Counted from the first letter of the stretch, positions 10,128 through 19,964 are shown. The stretch is 33,041 nt of DNA from Methanothermococcus sp. SCGC AD-155-E23 (GCA_019561615.1 JAHEQA010000027.1:1-33041); one strand, 5' to 3'. Notes: generated by a model not told the origin, from the letters alone. Made by a program: numbers and translations.

Positions 10128-11101
10128 AGAAACCCCATATCCCTTATCATCCTTATATCATCTTCTATAGATCTCCCCTTGGTAGTTAGATAGTTACCTA
10201 CCATAAGGCCATCAACTGCCAGGAGGGAGAGACATTGAAGGTCCCTCAACTTGTAGAGCCTACCTCCACATAGACGTATCTCCCTATCTGGCATAACTAT
10301 CTTCCCAAGTGCAATGGATTTTAGCGCCTCCTCTGGAGTGATCTCCCTTACCTCTCCCCTCTCTATCAGCTGGTGTATCCTTGTACCCTCTATGGGGTGA
10401 AGTATATTTAGGGGAACACTGTCTACCTTCAATTTCTTCAACTCCTCCAACATCTTTATCCTATCTATATAGGACTCACCTAATCCAAATATACCTCCAC
10501 TACATACCTCCAATCCCAGCTTCTTTGCATACCTTATAGTTCTTAACTTCTCCTCGTAGCTGTGGGTGGTACATACCTTCTCAAAGTACTCCCTGGAGGT
10601 CTCCAGGTTGTTATGTATCCTAACCCCTAACTCCTTTAAATCCTTAAGTTTATCCCTATCCAGTATACCAAGGGATACGCAGATCTTCAATCTTGTCTTC
10701 TCCTTCAACTCCTTTACAGTATCTACCACCCTTTCAAAGTCCCTCTCCCCTATAGACCTACCACTAACTACTATGGAGAACCTACTACAGTACTTCTCCA
10801 TATACTTTGCATATCTTAGGATCTCCTCCTTAGGTTTTAAACCGTATGTTGCTATAGCTGTTTTATGATAGATAGATTGGGAACAGAAGATACAGTTCTC
10901 AGGACATCTTCCAGATCTTGCATTTACTATGGAACATAGATCTATCTTAAGGGGGTTTTTACTGTAGTGTCTCTTAAGTGAGTAGGCCAGGTATAGTAGG
11001 TCGTAGGTATCACACTCATTCCAGAGATCCACTATATCCCTAAAAGAGAGTCCCCCACTTATGGCCTTACTGAAGTACTTCATCATATCCATAGCTATCA
11101 C
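10121..11101 (-). CDS. bioB: Biotin synthase (radical SAM)
   Basis: CSIVNARSGRCPENCIFCSQS, HNNLETS, VCSGGIFGLGE, LMVGNYLTT; true start may be one of the nearby downstream ATGs. Confidence 0.95.
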   Translation of the reverse strand: MIAMDMMKYFSKAISGGLSFRDIVDLWNECDTYDLLYLAYSLKRHYSKNPLKIDLCSIVNARSGRCPENCIFCSQSIYHKTAIATYGLKPKEEILRYAKYMEKYCSRFSIVVSGRSIGERDFERVVDTVKELKEKTRLKICVSLGILDRDKLKDLKELGVRIHNNLETSREYFEKVCTTHSYEEKLRTIRYAKKLGLEVCSGGIFGLGESYIDRIKMLEELKKLKVDSVPLNILHPIEGTRIHQLIERGEVREITPEEALKSIALGKIVMPDREIRLCGGRLYKLRDLQCLSLLAVDGLMVGNYLTTKGRSIEDDIRMIRDMGFLC

Positions 11102-11115
11102 AAAAATAAAAGTAA

Positions 11116-12012
11116 TTATCCTAACTTAATATCTTTAAAGTCCCTAAACATCCTGTACTCCTCCCTGCTAAGGGGATATACCCTGATCTCCACATCCCTG
11201 AATAGACAGTAATTCTTTATATACCTGTAGGCCTTATCCCCCCTGTATTTATCAAAAAAGGCGTAAACAGGTTTTCTATCCCTGGAGACGATGTACATCT
11301 TTCCATCGATTTCCAGTAGAGAGGGTTCTTCACTTAGTACATCCATAAGGGAGTGGTTGTGTATCACCTTACTAGGTCCTTTACTCCTTATCCTTTCTAT
11401 CAGCTCCTCCAGGGAGATGGACCTCTTTAGTACACCTTGAGGATATTTTCTCATATACTCCTCCATCTCCTCCTTAGATATCTCCCTTATGAAACCTTTC
11501 ATCTCACTAACTGCAAATACAGCCCTTATCTTACCTAGAGCCCTAATACCCTCTAGGGTTTTATCCCTGGTATAGTATAATGCCAAAACCTCCTCCCTAT
11601 CCTTAAATACTATTATACCCCTGTCACTACAGAACCTCTTAGGTATTAAAGTTACCTCGTAGCTGCCGTCGTCAATATGGTGATATATGGAGTTGTAGGA
11701 GTCCAGGAGGACTGATATAAGGGGGGATTCCTCCTCCACCTTGAATATATCCTCCCCTAACCTCTCCTTCAGTATCTCCCTTAACTCCTCCCTGGAGCAT
11801 CTATAGACCTCAATTAAAAACTCCTCTGGTAGTCTCTTAAAGATATCCCTTATATCTACAGGGTCATCCCTCCAGAGTGATACTATCAACTTTGAATCCA
11901 GGTAAAATAGCATACCCTCCTCTACCCTTATAAACCCGGTAAAATCCTGGAGAAAATCTGCAACCCTCCTAAGATCAGGGAGCCTCCCTAGCTTAGAATA
12001 TATCTTCTCCAT
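11116..12012 (-). CDS. Conserved hypothetical protein (DUF2226-like repeats)
   Basis: Start corrected to ATG 12012 (MEKIYSK) because the longer ORF runs through tRNA-Sec; FTGFIRV...GMLFY motif and repeated alpha/beta units. Confidence 0.65.
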   Translation of the reverse strand: MEKIYSKLGRLPDLRRVADFLQDFTGFIRVEEGMLFYLDSKLIVSLWRDDPVDIRDIFKRLPEEFLIEVYRCSREELREILKERLGEDIFKVEEESPLISVLLDSYNSIYHHIDDGSYEVTLIPKRFCSDRGIIVFKDREEVLALYYTRDKTLEGIRALGKIRAVFAVSEMKGFIREISKEEMEEYMRKYPQGVLKRSISLEELIERIRSKGPSKVIHNHSLMDVLSEEPSLLEIDGKMYIVSRDRKPVYAFFDKYRGDKAYRYIKNYCLFRDVEIRVYPLSREEYRMFRDFKDIKLG

Positions 12013-12037
12013 AGTTCCCCTAAAAAATAGTAAAAAA

Positions 12038-12125
12038 CGGCGCCGAGGGGGAATCGAACCCCAAGTTCCTAGGAACTGACGGATCTGAAGTCCGCCCCGT
12101 GCCACCAGGCACGGCACTCGGCGCC
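12038..12125 (-). tRNA. selC: tRNA-Sec (TCA)
   Basis: 9-bp acceptor GGCGCCGAG/CTCGGCGCC, 7-bp D stem CCGTGCC/GGCACGG with TGGT loop, anticodon loop CT-TCA-GA, long variable arm AGTTCC/GGAACT, 4-bp T stem GGGG-TTCGATT-CCCC, G discriminator. This is the archaeal 9/4 fold; CCA is not encoded. Confidence 0.95.
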
Positions 12126-12149
12126 ACTGTTCTACTTTAAGTAGTTTTT

Positions 12150-12170
12150 GTTATATATAATTTTTTCTCC
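12150..12170 (-). promoter_or_regulatory. BRE/TATA for tRNA-Sec, possibly shared with divergent tfrB
   Basis: Minus strand GGAGAAAAAATTATATATAA; the palindromic TTATATATAA sits 25 nt from the tRNA 5' end. Confidence 0.65.
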
Positions 12171-12183
12171 CGAGGTAGATAGT

Positions 12184-13632
12184 ATGGAGTGGGTGGCTAT
12201 AGCTGTTAAGAGAAAGGGTATCCTCAAGAGTTACAGAGTTCCAGAGGGTATAACTGTACTTGAGGCCTTGGAGTATATAAACAGTAACTATGGAGAGGGT
12301 ATACTCTACAGGGCCTCCTGTAGAGCTGGACAGTGTGGAAGTTGTGCCATGACTATTAACGGTGAACCAAGGTTAGCCTGTAAAACTAGGGTAGAGGATG
12401 GAATGGTTGTGGAACCCCTGGAGGGCTTTAACGTGGTGGAGGATCTTGTAGTGGATAGGTCTCCCTACTATAAAAAGATCCAGGGTCTGAGAAACTACCT
12501 ACACCATGAGGGGGACATCCCCAAGATCACCCCTGAAGATATAAGGGAATTCAAAGGTGTTAGGAACTGTATAGACTGTCTATGCTGTCTCTCCAAGTGC
12601 CCTGCTAGAAAGTTCTCCCAGTATCCAGGTCCTACATTTATGAGGCAATTGGCCAGGTTTGCCTTTGATCCAAGGGATAGAGAAGATAGGGAGAGGATAG
12701 CCTACTTTGAGAATCTACACAACTGCACCACCTGTGCCAAGTGTGTGGAGGTATGTCCTAAAGAGATAGATATAGTCCACAGGGCCATAGAGAGGTTGAG
12801 GGAGCTAGCCTTTAAAAAGGGATACTATCTAGAGAATCACCTAGTAGTAAGGGAGAATATATTGAAGGGTGGGAGGTCTGTGAAGAAGGAGGGGAGATCC
12901 TTTTTAGAGGAGGTAAAAGAGGAGTACATAGTAGATAATGAGAAGATGAGGTTGGCACTATTTACAGGGTGTCTCATCGACTACAGGTTGCAGGATGTAG
13001 GTAGAAGTGCAATAAAGGTGTTAAATGCCCATGGCATCTCCCTTGTAATACCTAAGGATCAGGTGTGTTGTGGATCCCCCCTCTTTAGAACTGGTCAGAG
13101 GGATGTTGCAGAGAAGTTAAAGGGGAAAAACCTCAAGGTGTTTAACAGTTTAGAGGTAGATGGAGTAGTTACCCTATGTGCAGGGTGTGGCTGTACCTTA
13201 AAGAGGGATTATAGGGAGAGGGAGTTTCAGGTGATGGATATAACCCAGGTGCTAGATAGGATACCTCTGGAGTATAAACCCCTGGATGTTAAAGTTACCT
13301 ATCACGACCCCTGTCATCTAAGGAGGGGACAGGGTATATATCTAGAACCTAGGAGGATACTGAAGAGGATTCCTAGACTAAAGTTTGTGGAGATGGAGAT
13401 ACCTGATCAATGCTGTGGTGCTGGAGGAGGGGTTAGAAGTGGAAGACCAGAGGTGGCCTATGCCATTGGAAGGAGAAAGGTTAGGATGATACACAAAAGT
13501 GGTGCAGATTACGTTATTACAGTATGCCCCTTCTGTGAGTACCATATAGGGGATACCTTGAAGAAGTTCAATGGGGGAGGGAAAAAAATAGAGGTGATGA
13601 ATATAGTCTCACTTTTAGAGAGGGTTGTGTAA
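12184..13632 (+). CDS. tfrB: Thiol:fumarate reductase (CoM/CoB) subunit B
   Basis: 2Fe-2S SCRAGQCGSC, two 4Fe-4S motifs (CIDCLCCLSKCP, CTTCAKCVEVCP), two HdrD-like CCG domains; start at ATG 12184 after GAGGT. Confidence 0.9.
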   Translation: MEWVAIAVKRKGILKSYRVPEGITVLEALEYINSNYGEGILYRASCRAGQCGSCAMTINGEPRLACKTRVEDGMVVEPLEGFNVVEDLVVDRSPYYKKIQGLRNYLHHEGDIPKITPEDIREFKGVRNCIDCLCCLSKCPARKFSQYPGPTFMRQLARFAFDPRDREDRERIAYFENLHNCTTCAKCVEVCPKEIDIVHRAIERLRELAFKKGYYLENHLVVRENILKGGRSVKKEGRSFLEEVKEEYIVDNEKMRLALFTGCLIDYRLQDVGRSAIKVLNAHGISLVIPKDQVCCGSPLFRTGQRDVAEKLKGKNLKVFNSLEVDGVVTLCAGCGCTLKRDYREREFQVMDITQVLDRIPLEYKPLDVKVTYHDPCHLRRGQGIYLEPRRILKRIPRLKFVEMEIPDQCCGAGGGVRSGRPEVAYAIGRRKVRMIHKSGADYVITVCPFCEYHIGDTLKKFNGGGKKIEVMNIVSLLERVV

Positions 13633-14019
13633 TTATTCTTCTTTTTCCTCTTTATCCTCCTCCTTCTCCTCCCTATCTTTACTCTTGTAGAAACCCTTCA
13701 ATACAGGCATCTTGGGAAGATCCCTCATTAGATGGTGGTAGGGTTCATACCTCTCACTTATTACCACTATATGTGCAGGGGGATGTATCTTCCTTATCCT
13801 GTCAATTGCCTTTGGAGCACTCTCCTGGATCTTAACTAGACAGGCCCTCTTACATGGCTTTTTAATATCTCCTAGTATATGTTTCAAAATCTCGTCTGCA
13901 GCCTCTGGAACTATAATCCTCGGTTTTCCAAGGATGGTAAGTTTCCCATGTCTGTGAATATCTGCAAGGGCGTTTTTTATCTTCTTGTAGTTATCTCCCC
14001 TTATCAGTAGTAGTACCAT
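13633..14019 (-). CDS. DUF356 family conserved archaeal protein
   Basis: LIRGDNY...NALADIHRH, IRKIHPPAHIVV. Confidence 0.8.
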   Translation of the reverse strand: MVLLLIRGDNYKKIKNALADIHRHGKLTILGKPRIIVPEAADEILKHILGDIKKPCKRACLVKIQESAPKAIDRIRKIHPPAHIVVISERYEPYHHLMRDLPKMPVLKGFYKSKDREEKEEDKEEKEE

Positions 14020-14028
14020 AGTTTCACC

Positions 14029-14775
14029 TTAAAAGTCCAGGGTTACTACCTCTAAACCTAACTCTTTAAGGTACTCTGAAAAGTGTCTCAATCCATAGAC
14101 CTCAGTACCGTAGTGCCCTCCATCTATAACACAGAGGTTGAGATCCTCTGCCAGTATCTTTGAGTGATGTGTTAGATCTCCAGATATGTACACCTCTGCC
14201 ACCTTGGATACGTACTCGATGTTCTTCTGGGATAACCCATAACCTGAGAGTACAGCCACCTTTAAAGTATCCTTCTCCTTAACAACGTCACCCCTTACAA
14301 CTGTGGGATTTTCACATATATACCTCTCTGTAATATCCAGTATCTCCTCTAGCCCTCCCTGGTAGACCCCTACCCTTCCCAGTCCATTTTCAAAGAGATA
14401 CTCCCTATCCTCTAGCTTGTAAAGTTCTGCCAGGGCGTCGTTTAATCCCCCTTCACAGATATCCAAATTGGTATGGGCGGAGTAAAGTAGAATGTCCCTA
14501 CTTAGCAGTATCTTTAACTTTTCATAGATCACTCCCTGGAAGGATTTTACACCCTCCTTTAAAAGTGGATGGTGAGTAAATAAAAAATCTACACCCTCCT
14601 TAACAGCCCTTCTTATCACCTCCAGTGAGGGATCCAAGGCCACACCTATCTTCTCAACAGGCCTCTCCAGATCCCCTCCAACCTGAAGACCTGTGTTGTC
14701 CCCCTCTATCGCCAGGGTGGGAGGGGCAAACTCCTCAATGAAGGATATTACATCCCTTGCCAGCACCCTCTCCAT
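14029..14775 (-). CDS. Nif3-like dinuclear metal centre protein (HcgD-like in methanogens)
   Basis: DNTGLQVG, FTHHP, SAHTNLD, GDLTHH, GHYGTE. Confidence 0.92.
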   Translation of the reverse strand: MERVLARDVISFIEEFAPPTLAIEGDNTGLQVGGDLERPVEKIGVALDPSLEVIRRAVKEGVDFLFTHHPLLKEGVKSFQGVIYEKLKILLSRDILLYSAHTNLDICEGGLNDALAELYKLEDREYLFENGLGRVGVYQGGLEEILDITERYICENPTVVRGDVVKEKDTLKVAVLSGYGLSQKNIEYVSKVAEVYISGDLTHHSKILAEDLNLCVIDGGHYGTEVYGLRHFSEYLKELGLEVVTLDF

Positions 14776-15416
14776 TACCTCACCCTCCAGGCAGTTATCA
14801 CTTGTATCTCCTCAAAGAAAAACCTTATAGATGCACTTTTTTCCCCTTTAAATCCATACCTCTTTAGCATATCAAGGGTTCTCCTCTCTCCAGTTAGGGA
14901 GGACTGTACTATCTGAATTACCCCATCCCTCTTTAAATACCTTCCAGCCTCTGAGATAAACCTATCTATTACCTCCCTTCCATCAACTCCTCCGTCAAAG
15001 GCGTAGTTAATATAACCCTCCAACCTCTCCTCCTGAGACGTTGGAAGGTAGGGGGCATTGAAGAGGATGACGTCAAATCTATCTATACCAAGTTCCTCCA
15101 CTATCCTATCCATGTCCTTAAACAGGTCACCCTGGAAGAAGAACACCTCCCTATCTACCTTTAAATTATTTAGCTCTGCATTTTCCCTACTTAACCTAAT
15201 GGCATAGGGGTTTATATCCACTCCAATTGCAATCTCACATCCCCTTTTCAGGGCATTTATAGCCTGTATACCACTACCTGTCCCCATGTCTAAAACTTTC
15301 TTACCCCTTACATCTACCAGGTTTTCCATGAGAAGGATACTGTCCTCCGCAGGCTCATAGACCAGGGGGTGAGTCTTTAAAACTATATCCCCTATCCTTA
15401 TCCTCTCCATAACCAT
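14775..15416 (-). CDS. HemK2/MTQ2-family protein methyltransferase
   Basis: VYEPAEDS, LDMGTGSG, FNAPYLP, DGGVDGR. Confidence 0.9.
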   Translation of the reverse strand: MVMERIRIGDIVLKTHPLVYEPAEDSILLMENLVDVRGKKVLDMGTGSGIQAINALKRGCEIAIGVDINPYAIRLSRENAELNNLKVDREVFFFQGDLFKDMDRIVEELGIDRFDVILFNAPYLPTSQEERLEGYINYAFDGGVDGREVIDRFISEAGRYLKRDGVIQIVQSSLTGERRTLDMLKRYGFKGEKSASIRFFFEEIQVITAWRVR

Positions 15417-15421
15417 CCCTT

Positions 15422-15898
15422 CTACTTAAGGTTCCATATAGGATCCCCAACGTGGTGAAGGGTTTTTATCGCCCTGCCTCTCCTGGCATTCTTCATTGTA
15501 GCACCATCCATCAAGGCCCTACCAACTATTAGAGGTTTGTTATGGGTCTCATCCACTGCAAAAACTATATCTCCCTCCTTAATACTCTCATCTGCATCCA
15601 CTATACCTGGAGCCATGACATCTGCCCCCTTGGCAAGAAACTTTACAGCACCCATGTCCACTACAACCCTCCCCCTCTCTACATTGTACCTCATGATACA
15701 GTGAAGTGTGGGATAGAACCTACCCTCCACCTTGAAAGCTGTAGGTTCTCCATCTATGAGTACTACCTCGTATTTATCCACCACTACCAACTCCCCCTTA
15801 ACCTTACCTGGAATCTCCACCCCAAGGGTATCCCTTAACTCCTCCAGAATCTTCTTTAACTCCTTCTTTTTTAAATAGTGTCTCCTCTTTATCTCCAA
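15422..15898 (-). CDS. PUA-domain RNA-binding protein (MCT-1/Tma20-like)
   Basis: VVVDMGAVKF...GADVMAPGI, GRAIKTLHHVGD. Confidence 0.9.
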   Translation of the reverse strand: MEIKRRHYLKKKELKKILEELRDTLGVEIPGKVKGELVVVDKYEVVLIDGEPTAFKVEGRFYPTLHCIMRYNVERGRVVVDMGAVKFLAKGADVMAPGIVDADESIKEGDIVFAVDETHNKPLIVGRALMDGATMKNARRGRAIKTLHHVGDPIWNLK

Positions 15899-15908
15899 TC
15901 TCTCACCG

Positions 15909-16490
15909 TTAAATCAACTCTTTTAATTTCTCCATTACCCTCCTATTTACCTCCTCGTAGATACTCCTTCCATGGGTATCCATGGCAACTATCAAGGGAC
16001 CAAAGTTTTCAACCTCAAGTTCCCATACAGCCTCTGGCATACCTAACTCAGGTAGATATACACCCTTCACCTCTACCACTGCATCTGCAAGTAGTGCCGC
16101 ACATCCTCCAGGGGCAGCTAGATAGACAACTCCATATTTTCTAAAGACATCTAGTAGATCCCCCTTCATCCCCCCCTTTCCAACTATGGCAGAGATACCG
16201 GTAACTTTTATAAAGTCCTCCTCTATATCGTTCATCCTGGCAGAGGTTGTAGGTCCTATAGATATACATCTCCATCTATCTCCTACCCTCTTCATTATTG
16301 GCCCTGCATGGTATATCACACCATCCTTTAACTTACTTACAACCTCTTTAACATCCTCCCTTTCACCCTCCTTAACAACGGTAAGATGGGCTTCATCCCT
16401 TCCAGTATAGATCCTTCCACTGAGGTAGACTACATCTCCAACCTTCAATTTATACACTGTATCCTTTGATATAGGGGTTTTTAGCTCCAC
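15909..16490 (-). CDS. Class I fumarate hydratase beta subunit (FumA C-terminal/TtdB family)
   Basis: TGRDEAH, IYHAGP, GPTTSARM, GKGGM, LGMPEAVW, MDTHG; GTG start. Confidence 0.92.
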   Translation of the reverse strand: MELKTPISKDTVYKLKVGDVVYLSGRIYTGRDEAHLTVVKEGEREDVKEVVSKLKDGVIYHAGPIMKRVGDRWRCISIGPTTSARMNDIEEDFIKVTGISAIVGKGGMKGDLLDVFRKYGVVYLAAPGGCAALLADAVVEVKGVYLPELGMPEAVWELEVENFGPLIVAMDTHGRSIYEEVNRRVMEKLKELI

Positions 16491-16559
16491 CTTTTCACCA
16501 TAGATTTATATATTTTTGCTGTGGTATTACTATTATTTAAATGATGATCAGGTGAGAAC

Positions 16560-17351
16560 ATGAGAAAGGATTTTCCAGAGGAGGGAGAGTTGGTTATAGG
16601 TACAGTTGTAGATGTTAAACCTTATGGAGCATTTGTACAACTGTTGGAGTATCCAAATAGGGAGGGGATGATACATATCTCCGAGGTATCCTCTGGATGG
16701 GTAAAGAATATAAGGGATCATGTTAAAAGGGGACAGAGAGTAGTGGCAAAGGTAATGAGGGTGGACAGGGAGAAGGGGCATATAGACCTCTCCCTGAAGA
16801 GGGTTACTGAACAGCAGAAAAAGGCTAAAATCCAGGAGTGGAAGAGATTCCAAAGGGCGGAGAAGTTGTTACAGTTTGCAGGAGAGAAACTTGGAAAGTC
16901 CCTTGAGGAGGCCTGGGAGGAGGTTGGTTATAAGTTGGAGGAGGAGTTTGGAGAACTCTACCATGCCCTGGAGTGTATCGCCATAGAGGGTAAGGAGATC
17001 CTGGAGGATCTGGACATCCCTGAGGAGTGGAAGGATGTACTCTACCAGGTGGCAGTTGAGAACATAGAGTTACCCACTGTAAAGGTAGACGGTATACTCA
17101 CCATCACTACAACGGAATCTAGAGGTATCAATATTATAAAGGAGGTACTAAAAAAGGCCCTAGAGGCCAACCCCTACGAGGATGTCCTTGTGGATATAAG
17201 GTACATTGGAGCTCCAAAGTACAGGATAGAGGTTGAGGCACCAGATTACAAGAGTGGGGAAGAGGTACTGAGAAAAGTTGCAGATGCCGCCATAAACTCC
17301 ATCAAGAAGTACAAGGGAGGAAAGGGTAGTTTTGTAAGGGAGTACCACTAA
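16560..17351 (+). CDS. eif2a: Translation initiation factor aIF-2 subunit alpha
   Basis: S1 domain PEEGELVIGTV...HISEVSSGWVKNIRD, KGHIDLSLKRV, YIGAPKYRI; AGGTGA RBS. Confidence 0.97.
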   Translation: MRKDFPEEGELVIGTVVDVKPYGAFVQLLEYPNREGMIHISEVSSGWVKNIRDHVKRGQRVVAKVMRVDREKGHIDLSLKRVTEQQKKAKIQEWKRFQRAEKLLQFAGEKLGKSLEEAWEEVGYKLEEEFGELYHALECIAIEGKEILEDLDIPEEWKDVLYQVAVENIELPTVKVDGILTITTTESRGINIIKEVLKKALEANPYEDVLVDIRYIGAPKYRIEVEAPDYKSGEEVLRKVADAAINSIKKYKGGKGSFVREYH

Positions 17352-17366
17352 TTAAGGTCAGAAAAC

Positions 17367-17543
17367 ATGAGGATAAGAAAGTGTCCAAGGTGTAAGAGGT
17401 ACACCTTGAAGGACATCTGTAGTGTCTGTGGGGAGAAAACTGTAACTGTTAAACCACCTAGGTTCTCCCTGGAGGACAGGTACGGGAAGTACAGGAGGAT
17501 GTTGAAGAGAAGTTTAAAGAGTAAGGAAAAATCCTCCCAATAA
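17367..17543 (+). CDS. nop10: H/ACA RNP protein Nop10 (58 aa, absent from the ORF track)
   Basis: Manual translation MRIRKCPRCKRYTLKDICSVCGEKTVTVKPPRFSLEDRYGKYRRMLKRSLKSKEKSSQ*; usual position after aIF2 alpha. Confidence 0.95.
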   Translation: MRIRKCPRCKRYTLKDICSVCGEKTVTVKPPRFSLEDRYGKYRRMLKRSLKSKEKSSQ

Positions 17544-17601
17544 ACTCTTTTTATGTGCTAGTTAATAAATTTTTAACTGGCACCTAAAGGGTTGTGAAAT
17601 T

Positions 17602-19038
17602 ATGGATAGTAGTGTTTTAATCAGAAGTTGTAATGAGTTTTTAGAGAAGTTGTCAAAATTTAGGGAGGAGATATCTTCAAAATTTTCAGAGGACTTAGAT
17701 AGTGATTTCTACAACAACCTCATAGAGATTTTAAGTAGAAATTTAAAAATTTTAGAGGAGTTTAAGGAGAGGATGGAATTACAGGGCTTTGACACCCCCT
17801 TGATAGGTGTGGGAAAGTTAAAGGGATGTGACGAGGAGGACCTCTACGAGATAAAGTCTTACGTCTCCTACCTGAGAAGGATGGTAGATGAGAAGAAGGG
17901 GTTACTGGAGAGGGTAAGGTATGCCATAGTATCCCACAGGATAGCCCTGGGACATCTGAAGGAGAGGGAGGGGAACAGGAGGATAGTACACTTTCTACCC
18001 TATGACGGTTCCAATAAGGATATACTCTTTAACATGCCAACAGTCTTTATCAGGACTTACAAGAGACTTCTAAGTATACTGGAGTCCCAGGGCAAGGGGA
18101 CACTTAGCTCTGTCACAGTCACCTTTATAGTAATAGAGGATGGGAAGAGGAAGTTGAAGAGGTTGAAGATAGAGGAAGAGGATTATGAGGAGTACCTTAA
18201 GAGAAACTACGGAGATGTACTTATAACCTCCATAAAGAAGAACTACACCAAGAGGAAGTTGATATCTGATGGCTACGTTAGAAGGACCTTGGCACTGACC
18301 TACCTACTGGCCTACTGGGATGAGATAGAGAGGAAACTAAAGAAGGAGTACGAGGAAAAACTCTCTGAATATCAGAGGGAATTGATAGAGAGGTACAGGA
18401 GTACAGTGTTGGATCTAAGGGAGGAGGTGGAGGAGGGGATGATAGATGTTAGAACATTGGACGAGTTGAAGGTAAAGAGGATTAGGATGAGAGAGGAGTT
18501 GGAGAAGTTGGGGCTCTACAAGGGGGGAAAGCCTGTGGAGGAGTTGGACTGTGCCCTGAGGATGGAGAGGGAGATCTCGGAAAACCTCCCCTACAGTATA
18601 GCAGTAAGGTACCTCTCCCAGGATATATTTAAGTACTACCTCTACAAGACTCCAGATGAGAGGGATAGATCCAGCATGTTTCCCTCCATCCTTACAACAC
18701 CCTCCCCTCTAAATCTCAAATGGATGAAGGTAGATGGTATAGATGCCGTAGAGGTTTTAGATGTTAAATTCCTCCTTGAGAGGGAACTTCCAAAGTACAG
18801 TATCCCCCTTAAGAATCTTGGAGGGGTAGCCCTATACCTTGTCCATGGATGGGAGGAGGTAGAGAGGTACGGGTTTAAGAGGGAGGAGATTGAGAAGATT
18901 CTCAGGGATATGGCGCCTATAGATAGGGTAAGGTCCCTCCTAAGTAAAAAGGGTATAGATATAGGGAAGTTGGAGAAATACAACTCTATAAAGAGGGAGA
19001 GAACTAAGAAGTTCCTAGATGCCCTAAGTAGGTTATAA
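17602..19038 (+). CDS. Conserved hypothetical protein (DUF530-like)
   Basis: 478 aa with host-like codon usage; RVRYAIVSHRIALGHL, LPYDGS, FPSILTTP; family assigned from memory. Confidence 0.6.
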   Translation: MDSSVLIRSCNEFLEKLSKFREEISSKFSEDLDSDFYNNLIEILSRNLKILEEFKERMELQGFDTPLIGVGKLKGCDEEDLYEIKSYVSYLRRMVDEKKGLLERVRYAIVSHRIALGHLKEREGNRRIVHFLPYDGSNKDILFNMPTVFIRTYKRLLSILESQGKGTLSSVTVTFIVIEDGKRKLKRLKIEEEDYEEYLKRNYGDVLITSIKKNYTKRKLISDGYVRRTLALTYLLAYWDEIERKLKKEYEEKLSEYQRELIERYRSTVLDLREEVEEGMIDVRTLDELKVKRIRMREELEKLGLYKGGKPVEELDCALRMEREISENLPYSIAVRYLSQDIFKYYLYKTPDERDRSSMFPSILTTPSPLNLKWMKVDGIDAVEVLDVKFLLERELPKYSIPLKNLGGVALYLVHGWEEVERYGFKREEIEKILRDMAPIDRVRSLLSKKGIDIGKLEKYNSIKRERTKKFLDALSRL

Positions 19039-19040
19039 CT

Positions 19041-19964
19041 ATGCTCAACCCTCTGATACTCTGGGGATCTGTGATACTTGACAGGATCCTTGGAGAACCC
19101 CCTGAGAGGGTACACCCTGTAGTCTGGATAGGGAAATTGATATATACCCTGGAGAATATATTTAGGTCCACCTATTCCCAGGATAAAATTAGAGATCTTT
19201 TTTTTGGATCCCTTATCACTATAATTACACTGACAGTGGTATTTTTGGCCTCCTATGGCCTAGAGATACTTGTATGTAGATTACCTGAGATCCTCCAGTA
19301 CCCCCTTTACTCCCTCGCCCTCTCAACTACCATTGGATATAAGTCCCTTCTGGACTTCTCAAGGAGACCTATGGATTGTATAAGGGAGGGGGATATAGAG
19401 GGGGCGAGAAAGCATCTCCAGTGTATTGTAAGTAGGGATACCTCGAAGTTAGATATAGAGCATATCCTATCTGCATCTGTGGAGAGCCTCTCTGAAAATA
19501 TAACAGATAGTATTATCGCCCCTCTTTTCTACGGGGCACTCTTTGGACTTCCAGGAGCCTTCCTCTACAGGGCTGTCAATACCCTAGATGCCATGATAGG
19601 ATACAGGAATAAAAAATACGAGTACTACGGTAAGTTAGCTGCCTACCTAGACGATCTACTGAATATTGTACCTTCACGTATTGCAGGGCTACTCCTTGTA
19701 TTAACCTCACCACTGTACGGGGGAGATATTAAGAGGGCACTTTACGGTTTCCTGAAGGAAGGTTCTAAAACACCCTCTCCCAATTCAGGTTATACCATGG
19801 CAACGGTGGCCAACAGTTTAAACATGACCCTGGAGAAGATAGGTTACTACAAACTGGGAAGGGGGAAAATAGATCTTAAAAAAGCCTATAATTCCCTGAG
19901 GGCTGTAGATGTAGTGGTGGTGACCTTCCTTCTACTTTACACCCTCCTCTACTTTATAATATAG
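19041..19964 (+). CDS. cbiB: Adenosylcobinamide-phosphate synthase CbiB/CobD
   Basis: DRILGEP...[40 protein letters not shown]; hydrophobic segments. Confidence 0.95.
   Translation: MLNPLILWGSVILDRILGEPPERVHPVVWIGKLIYTLENIFRSTYSQDKIRDLFFGSLITIITLTVVFLASYGLEILVCRLPEILQYPLYSLALSTTIGYKSLLDFSRRPMDCIREGDIEGARKHLQCIVSRDTSKLDIEHILSASVESLSENITDSIIAPLFYGALFGLPGAFLYRAVNTLDAMIGYRNKKYEYYGKLAAYLDDLLNIVPSRIAGLLLVLTSPLYGGDIKRALYGFLKEGSKTPSPNSGYTMATVANSLNMTLEKIGYYKLGRGKIDLKKAYNSLRAVDVVVVTFLLLYTLLYFII

Noticed and set aside
12013-12117. N-terminal extension of the 11116 ORF, and likewise 31684-31758 for the hydrolase
   Set aside because: Both extensions translate tRNA genes; downstream ATGs are better starts.
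12136-12146. 11-nt match (TTTAAGTAGTT) between the candidate guide at 30362-30372 and the tRNA-Sec/tfrB promoter region
   Set aside because: Short and AT-rich, and it omits the first guide positions; a chance match is plausible without a genome-wide test.
16541-16547. ATGATGA box C-like motif upstream of aIF2 alpha
   Set aside because: No CTGA D'/D boxes at guide spacing; it simply precedes the RBS.
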